From Nostoc punctiforme PCC 73102 (GTDB lineage Bacteria > Cyanobacteriota > Cyanobacteriia > Cyanobacteriales > Nostocaceae), in contig NC_010628.1 in the NCBI RefSeq assembly GCF_000020025.1, forward strand, positions 360,001 through 392,000: a stretch of DNA of 32,000 nucleotides, in the 5' to 3' direction. Below are positions 28,101-32,000 of the stretch, piece by piece (the stretch's first letter is position 1; every line of letters begins with the position of its first letter). A program made the translations under genes and the position numbers. The notes beneath the pieces are model-generated. The model searched no databases. It saw only the letters and a program-made list of their open reading frames with translations, and was not told the DNA's origin.

Positions 28101-28854
28101 GGACAACGATATAGTCGGTTTCAATATCTCTCCTGCAACTGGACTAATAACTACCGAGGCTGGTGGCACAGCTAATTTCAATATCCAACTTACCAGCCAA
28201 CCCACTGCTGATGTAACCTTAAATTTGAGTAGTTCCAAGGTAAGTGAAGGTACTGTCTCAAATAGCGTTACCTTTACCGCAGCTAACTGGAATACACCTC
28301 AAGTAATCACAGTTACAGGTGTTAATGATGGTATTGTAGATGACAATATTGCTTATAAAATCATTACTGGCACAGTAGTTAGTAATGATTCAAAATATAA
28401 CAATTTCAACCCCGCCAATATTGCCGATATTGATGTCGTCAATATTAAAAACGGCAACCAAGTCAATAGCATTATCACAGGTTCAGCCAAGGCTGATAAT
28501 TTACAGGGAACTAGCTCAGACGATCTGATTTTTGGCTTTGCTAGTAATGACATAATTGTTGGCGGGCTAGGAAACGATCAGATTTACGGCGGTTTAGGTA
28601 GTGATAATCTGACAGGAGGTGCAGGTAATGATATATTTGTGCTTGCCAAAGGTGAAGGTATAGATACTATCAAAGACTTCAATCTCAGTGAAGATTTGAT
28701 TGCCTTATCAGGTGGTTTGATATACTCAGGTTTGTCTCTAACTCAGAGCGGCAGCAATACCATAATTAAAGATACTTCCAATAACCAAAATCTTGCTATT
28801 TTAACTGGAATTCAGGCATCAACTTTAAACGCTAGCTATTTCATCACTTATTAG
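25129..28854 (+). CDS. very large secreted multidomain protein: N-terminal adhesin-like domain, seven FG-GAP/VCBS blades, lamin-tail-like domain, Calx-beta-type domains, C-terminal RTX Ca-binding repeats
   Basis: AGAGG 8 nt before the ATG. Seven units of (V/I)xDFNKDGKxDL(A/V)xAN...VSVLLGNGDGTF (aa 158-493). ILINEIFFDP..REYIELRG (LTD-like, about aa 505-680). VIEGNSG..V.FTVTRSG and GSEG..N.VFTVKLS (Calx-beta). GGLGNDQIYGGLGSDNLTGGAGNDIF (RTX nonapeptides). No N-terminal signal peptide. Confidence 0.9.
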   Translation: MPTNTAPTLDNAGNPILTAITQDVTDTENLGTLVSAIIATGTGGNPITDVDTGAVEGIAVIGVDNTHGIWQYSTNGGNNWINFAVSAISATLLRDTEKVRFIPNAGYNGTAEITFRAWDASDGNASGTTGVNPGVGGGTTAYSSATETASISILPLVGLRPYSIIVADLNKDGNTDLVTANKSSQSVSVLLGKGDGTFKPATTFSVVGFNGLNPYSVAVADFNKDGKLDLVTANNVSNNISVLLGKGDGSFQAAVNFDLPSGSAPISIAVGDFNKDGKSDIVTANNASQNISVLLGNGTGGFGSAINFKVPSRPTSVIVGNFNGDGISDLAVTSSYFNNVSILLGNGDGTFNSATQFDVGTNPHSVVIGDFNKDGKSDLAVANSDSNNVSVLLGNGDGTFKPATNFNVGLNPVSVTVIDFNGDGKSDLAVANADSNTVSVLLGDGIGSFGNATNFDVGTTPYAVTVGDFDKDGKSDLAVANSESRNVSILLNNRAESYDPVPPQPILINEIFFDPPSTDGPREYIELRGTPGETLAPGTYLVGIEGDSGSPNPGNVQDIFDLSGKQFGSNGLLVLLQKGNPYVNVVNPNANIVTNAGTGAGWGSGASSSIGHTGQTGATDIENNSVSFFLIQTTTAPTLSNDIDSNDDGIVDPAVYSKWTVLDSVSVLDGTSTTDRAYSSIVFRKGSNGGSVPANATVVDTSFIAGYVGRSGNTTGSTASDWVASAITTGTAPNFALATAPNTSPGNFAEQPLNHIGNTNFAPPANINYAISTATPTVIEGNSGSKTVSFTVTRSGNTAIATTINYALDGTATSVSDYNTIKVGTATGTLSGTLKFAVGETTKTISLNVLGEKLTEPDETINLNLNYPNQVAAIAPATITIVDDDNIPAISIADKSGSEGSGNFVFTVKLSNASTEIVTVAYNSSNDTAIAGIDYTAVTGSLTFNPGVTTQTITVPILNDFVAESSERFFVNLINPTNASIADNQAIGTITDNDIVGFNISPATGLITTEAGGTANFNIQLTSQPTADVTLNLSSSKVSEGTVSNSVTFTAANWNTPQVITVTGVNDGIVDDNIAYKIITGTVVSNDSKYNNFNPANIADIDVVNIKNGNQVNSIITGSAKADNLQGTSSDDLIFGFASNDIIVGGLGNDQIYGGLGSDNLTGGAGNDIFVLAKGEGIDTIKDFNLSEDLIALSGGLIYSGLSLTQSGSNTIIKDTSNNQNLAILTGIQASTLNASYFITY
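25600..26607 (+). repeat. intragenic tandem repeat of about 147-150 bp, seven copies (the FG-GAP blades)
   Basis: The repeats are recognisable at nucleotide level (e.g. gacttcaacaaagayggyaaa..., ttgggaaatggtgatggcactttt...). Confidence 0.85.
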
Positions 28855-28885
28855 CGATCTGTCAATCTGAAATGGAATAGTTATA

Positions 28886-28917
28886 GAAATCCGGCTTATT
28901 TAGATAAGCCGGATTTC
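28886..28917. terminator. perfect 14-bp-stem hairpin between convergent genes, followed by a T-run on the + strand
   Basis: GAAATCCGGCTTAT-ttag-ATAAGCCGGATTTC then tcaatttttt. Lies between the stop of the large protein (28854) and the priA stop (28940). Confidence 0.75.
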
Positions 28918-28939
28918 TCAATTTTTTACCCTAAGAAAA

Positions 28940-31468
28940 TCACATAATATTTATGGGGTCTACATCAATGGTCAAGCTAACAGAAGCAGGACAAAGCGAT
29001 CGCACTTCTTCCCAATCTGGCAATTGTGGCAATGCATCGGGGGCAAATTTAATCAATATCTGCCAGCGATAACGATTAGCTACGCGTAAAATACTCGCTG
29101 GTGCTGGCCCTAATATCTCGAATTTTTCTTCTGTACTCAAGGCTGTGGCAATGATTTGCGCTGTATTTTGCACTTGAATGGGATCGAGACTACTTAAGCG
29201 CAACAAAATTAACCGCCCATAAGGGGGATAATTGAGGGCTTGGCGTTGTTCTAACTCAGCTTGGGAGAAAGAGTGATAATCGTGCGATCGCACTGCCGCA
29301 ATTACCTGATGTTCTGTAGTGTAAGTTTGTACAATCACCCTCCCTGGATCGTTACCTCTACCAGCACGTCCAGCGACTTGAGTCAAGGTTTGAAATGCCC
29401 GCTCACTGGCGCGATAATCTGATAAATTTAGCAATCCATCGGCGGCGACAACGCCCACAAGTGTCACCTGTGGTAAATCCAAACCTTTGGTAAGCATTTG
29501 CGTACCTACTAATAAATCTGCTTCGCCGTTGGCAAATTGGGTAAGTAAAGTCCGGTGTGAGCCTTTGTTACGGGTGGTATCGCTATCAAAACGAATCAAG
29601 CGTAACTCTGGGAACTGTCGCGCTAATTCCTGTGTTACTCGCTGAGTACCGCTACCGAAAAATTTCAGATAAGGGGAACTACAATCGGGGCAGTATTTGG
29701 GATGCGATCGCGCATAGTTACAATAATGACAGCGCAATAATTCCGGCGCTTTTTCTTCGGTGTGGTGGTACGCCAGCGACACATCACAATGCGGACATTC
29801 CAACACATATCCACAACTGCGACATGAGACAAAAGTACTGTGTCCCCGGCGATGGATAAATAAAATTCCCTGTTCTTTTCTCTCTTGCAACTGTTGCAAA
29901 GCTTCTTGCAGCGATCTACTAAATATAGAACGATTTCCCTGCTGCAACTCTTGCCGCATATCGACTATTTCCACAGGCGGTAAAGGGCGGGAATTGATGC
30001 GTTCGGGCAAACTTAAGTAATATGTCTCTTGCCTCCTGCCTTCTGCCTTCTGCCTCCTGACGCTTATCCAACTCTCCAGGGAAGGGGTAGCAGAACCTAA
30101 CAATAAGGGGCAATTTTCTAATTCGGCTCGCCATTGGGCGACGGTGCGAGCGTGGTAAGTAGGTATGGGTGAGTCTTGTTTAAAGCTGCTGTCGTGTTCT
30201 TCATCTAAAATAATTAAACCCAATTTGGGCAAAGGCGCGAAAACGGCGCTGCGCGTACCAATGACAACTTGAGGTTTTCCTGTGAGCATTTGCCGCCAAG
30301 TGTCGTAACGTTCACCGTCGGAGAGGGCGCTGTGATAAACGCTGACTTTATTGCCAAAACGGGCGCGAAAACGATCGGTTAACTGGGGTGTAAGTCCAAT
30401 TTCGGGGACTAAAACGAGGGCAGATTTACCTTCGCTGATGAGAGGTGCGATCGCTTGCAAATATACTTCGGTTTTTCCTGAACCTGTCACCCCATGCAAT
30501 AAAACTTCAGCAAATCCATCGAGTGTCTCGATTGTCGCTAAGGCGCTAGCTTGGGCAGAAGTTAAAGATTTAGCTCCATCACCTGCCAATACTGGCCCCT
30601 GTTCTGTTCGCAATACTTCCCGTTCTTCGATAACGATGTAACCCTTTTGTGACAACGTCTTGAGGATAGAAGAACTAGCATTGCAAATTTGCAGTAATTC
30701 ATTTTGCCACAACTCCCCATTATGCCGTCGCAGCACTACCAAAATCTCTCTTTGGCGAGTAGTTAAGTCGCAATCGATTGTACCTGTAAGCGTGACTGCT
30801 TTTTGCAGCTTTGGTCGAGTCAGCCGTGGCGGTTCTAAGTAGCTTTCTACTAAACCGAATCGCAGCAGCTCCCGAATTCCCCGATAGGCAGATTTGACTT
30901 TTTGTTGGAGGTAGGCGAAACTGTAATCCCCCGCAGGTTGTGTTTGCAAAAGTTCCCAAACTTGCCGCGCGGTTGGAGTTAAAAAAGCTGAAGGATTAGT
31001 AGATGCCAATAGATAACTACTTCCTGCTGCTCGCCCTCCTCTAACAAGGCGGATACGACGCTGCGATCGCCCCAGCAACCCTGGTGGTAGAGCAACCCGG
31101 ATTACTTGAATTAGAGGCGTATAGTAATATGCAGCAACTCGATTGAGTAATTCCCAATAAGCACTTGGGAAAAATCCAACGCTGACTATATCTTCTACTT
31201 CCCGGATTTTTTCTGGTGCTAAATCAACATTTGGTTGTGCCAGTAACCGAATTGCGATCGCTCCTAATTGTTGTGCCCCAAATGGCACGCTCAAAATATC
31301 CCCTGGTTTTATTTCTAACTGGGCTGGTAATCGATAAGTAAATAATCCTGTACTTCCTGGACAGTCTACCAGTACTTCAACCCACCTATTAAGAGTTGTA
31401 CCTGATTGGTACGATTCGCTAGCTTGGGCCACTACTAAAGGAGATAAACTTATGCCATTAATATACAT
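28940..31468 (-). CDS. priA: primosomal protein N' (replication restart helicase PriA)
   Basis: Walker A GVTGSGKTEVY, DEEHD, GSATPS, Cys-rich zinc region CRSCGYVLECPHCDVSLAYH...CHYCNY...CPDC, QVAGRAGR. Confidence 0.95.
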   Translation of the reverse strand: MYINGISLSPLVVAQASESYQSGTTLNRWVEVLVDCPGSTGLFTYRLPAQLEIKPGDILSVPFGAQQLGAIAIRLLAQPNVDLAPEKIREVEDIVSVGFFPSAYWELLNRVAAYYYTPLIQVIRVALPPGLLGRSQRRIRLVRGGRAAGSSYLLASTNPSAFLTPTARQVWELLQTQPAGDYSFAYLQQKVKSAYRGIRELLRFGLVESYLEPPRLTRPKLQKAVTLTGTIDCDLTTRQREILVVLRRHNGELWQNELLQICNASSSILKTLSQKGYIVIEEREVLRTEQGPVLAGDGAKSLTSAQASALATIETLDGFAEVLLHGVTGSGKTEVYLQAIAPLISEGKSALVLVPEIGLTPQLTDRFRARFGNKVSVYHSALSDGERYDTWRQMLTGKPQVVIGTRSAVFAPLPKLGLIILDEEHDSSFKQDSPIPTYHARTVAQWRAELENCPLLLGSATPSLESWISVRRQKAEGRRQETYYLSLPERINSRPLPPVEIVDMRQELQQGNRSIFSRSLQEALQQLQERKEQGILFIHRRGHSTFVSCRSCGYVLECPHCDVSLAYHHTEEKAPELLRCHYCNYARSHPKYCPDCSSPYLKFFGSGTQRVTQELARQFPELRLIRFDSDTTRNKGSHRTLLTQFANGEADLLVGTQMLTKGLDLPQVTLVGVVAADGLLNLSDYRASERAFQTLTQVAGRAGRGNDPGRVIVQTYTTEHQVIAAVRSHDYHSFSQAELEQRQALNYPPYGRLILLRLSSLDPIQVQNTAQIIATALSTEEKFEILGPAPASILRVANRYRWQILIKFAPDALPQLPDWEEVRSLCPASVSLTIDVDPINIM
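30024..30058. repeat. 5 x heptamer array (GTCTCTT GCCTCCT GCCTTCT GCCTTCT GCCTCCT) inside priA
   Basis: Read directly from the sequence. Encodes VRRQKAEGRRQET on the coding strand. Confidence 0.85.
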
Positions 31469-32000
31469 AATTCCTGATTTTAAAGTTAGATATTTTCCTC
31501 ACATAGCTGGTCAAAATTAACCTAGCTAACTAAACTCTAATTTTTTGCTTTCTTAGATTTAAATAGTATTTTTCAATACTGTTATCCTTCATAATACTTG
31601 ATAAGTTTCTTCTTATGTAATCTACTAGACAAATTCGTATCAACTATACATGCAATAAATATTTGGTACCCACTATATAAATAAAAGCATGTCGGCACTT
31701 GCTGCAACAGTTGCTCTATCTACTAAATAGGGAGTAGCCTTTTTCCGCCTATCGATAGATATTCAACCCTTTCTGTATATGAGATGCTTTTATACAAATA
31801 AGAACATCCCAAAATTAAGCTGCCATTATTGTAATTTGTATCATTTGGGTAACTTGAAATTGGGAATGCATAACCCCATCACCAGGTTCTAAATTTATCC
31901 AGTGACTTCCAAATACCTAAACAGAAAAATATATATTTAGAAAAATATATGAAAGTTGAAGAAATTTGGATGGTTAACTGAGGTTTTTATGTTTGTTCAG

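Noticed and set aside
25191-28553. Multiple 66-89-aa minus-strand ORFs inside the large protein gene
   Set aside because: They are antisense shadows of a repetitive gene. Their periodicity mirrors the FG-GAP repeats.
29557-30959. ORFs in other frames and on the other strand within priA
   Set aside because: priA motifs are continuous across the region, and these ORFs have no independent support.
31989-32000. ATG at 31989 preceded by GAGG, possibly a gene start running off the window
   Set aside because: Only four codons are visible, so it cannot be supported.

Overview
This window looks like a chromosomal segment from a heterocyst-forming, Nostoc/Anabaena-type cyanobacterium. The evidence is many HIP1 palindromes (GCGATCGC, e.g. 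63-70, 2103-2110, 2305-2312, 12428-12435), numerous heptameric STRR-type tandem repeats, an unmistakable nblA, and a kdpA-kdpB-kdpC-kdpD operon with a truncated kdpD. I support 21 protein-coding genes. From left to right they are:
- a partial ABC ATPase and a small coiled-coil protein
- an ABC1/UbiB atypical kinase with a PP2C phosphatase, apparently one operon
- nblA and a convergent Hanks Ser/Thr kinase
- an orphan AT-rich GT2 glycosyltransferase, a 148-aa hypothetical, and anmK
- an ISAs1-like transposase remnant and a PEP-CTERM surface protein
- a folate/biopterin-family transporter and a carotenoid cleavage oxygenase
- the kdp operon, with a divergent histidine kinase and NarL-type regulator
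- a 1241-aa FG-GAP/lamin-tail/Calx-beta/RTX protein, and priA

I saw no rRNA, tRNA, CRISPR array or intact mobile element. Nothing here is an obvious new multi-gene system. The items most worth follow-up are:
1. An apparently three-part Kdp sensor: KdpD N-terminal half in the operon, a DUF4118-like kinase encoded divergently, and a NarL-type rather than KdpE-type regulator.
2. The kinase/phosphatase/nblA/kinase cluster.
3. Short tandem repeats embedded in frame in anmK and priA, and filling every spacer of the kdp operon.
4. Two dispersed repeat families.
5. Several long ORF-free spacers with strong hairpins.

All functional calls come from motif recognition by eye. No database search was run.
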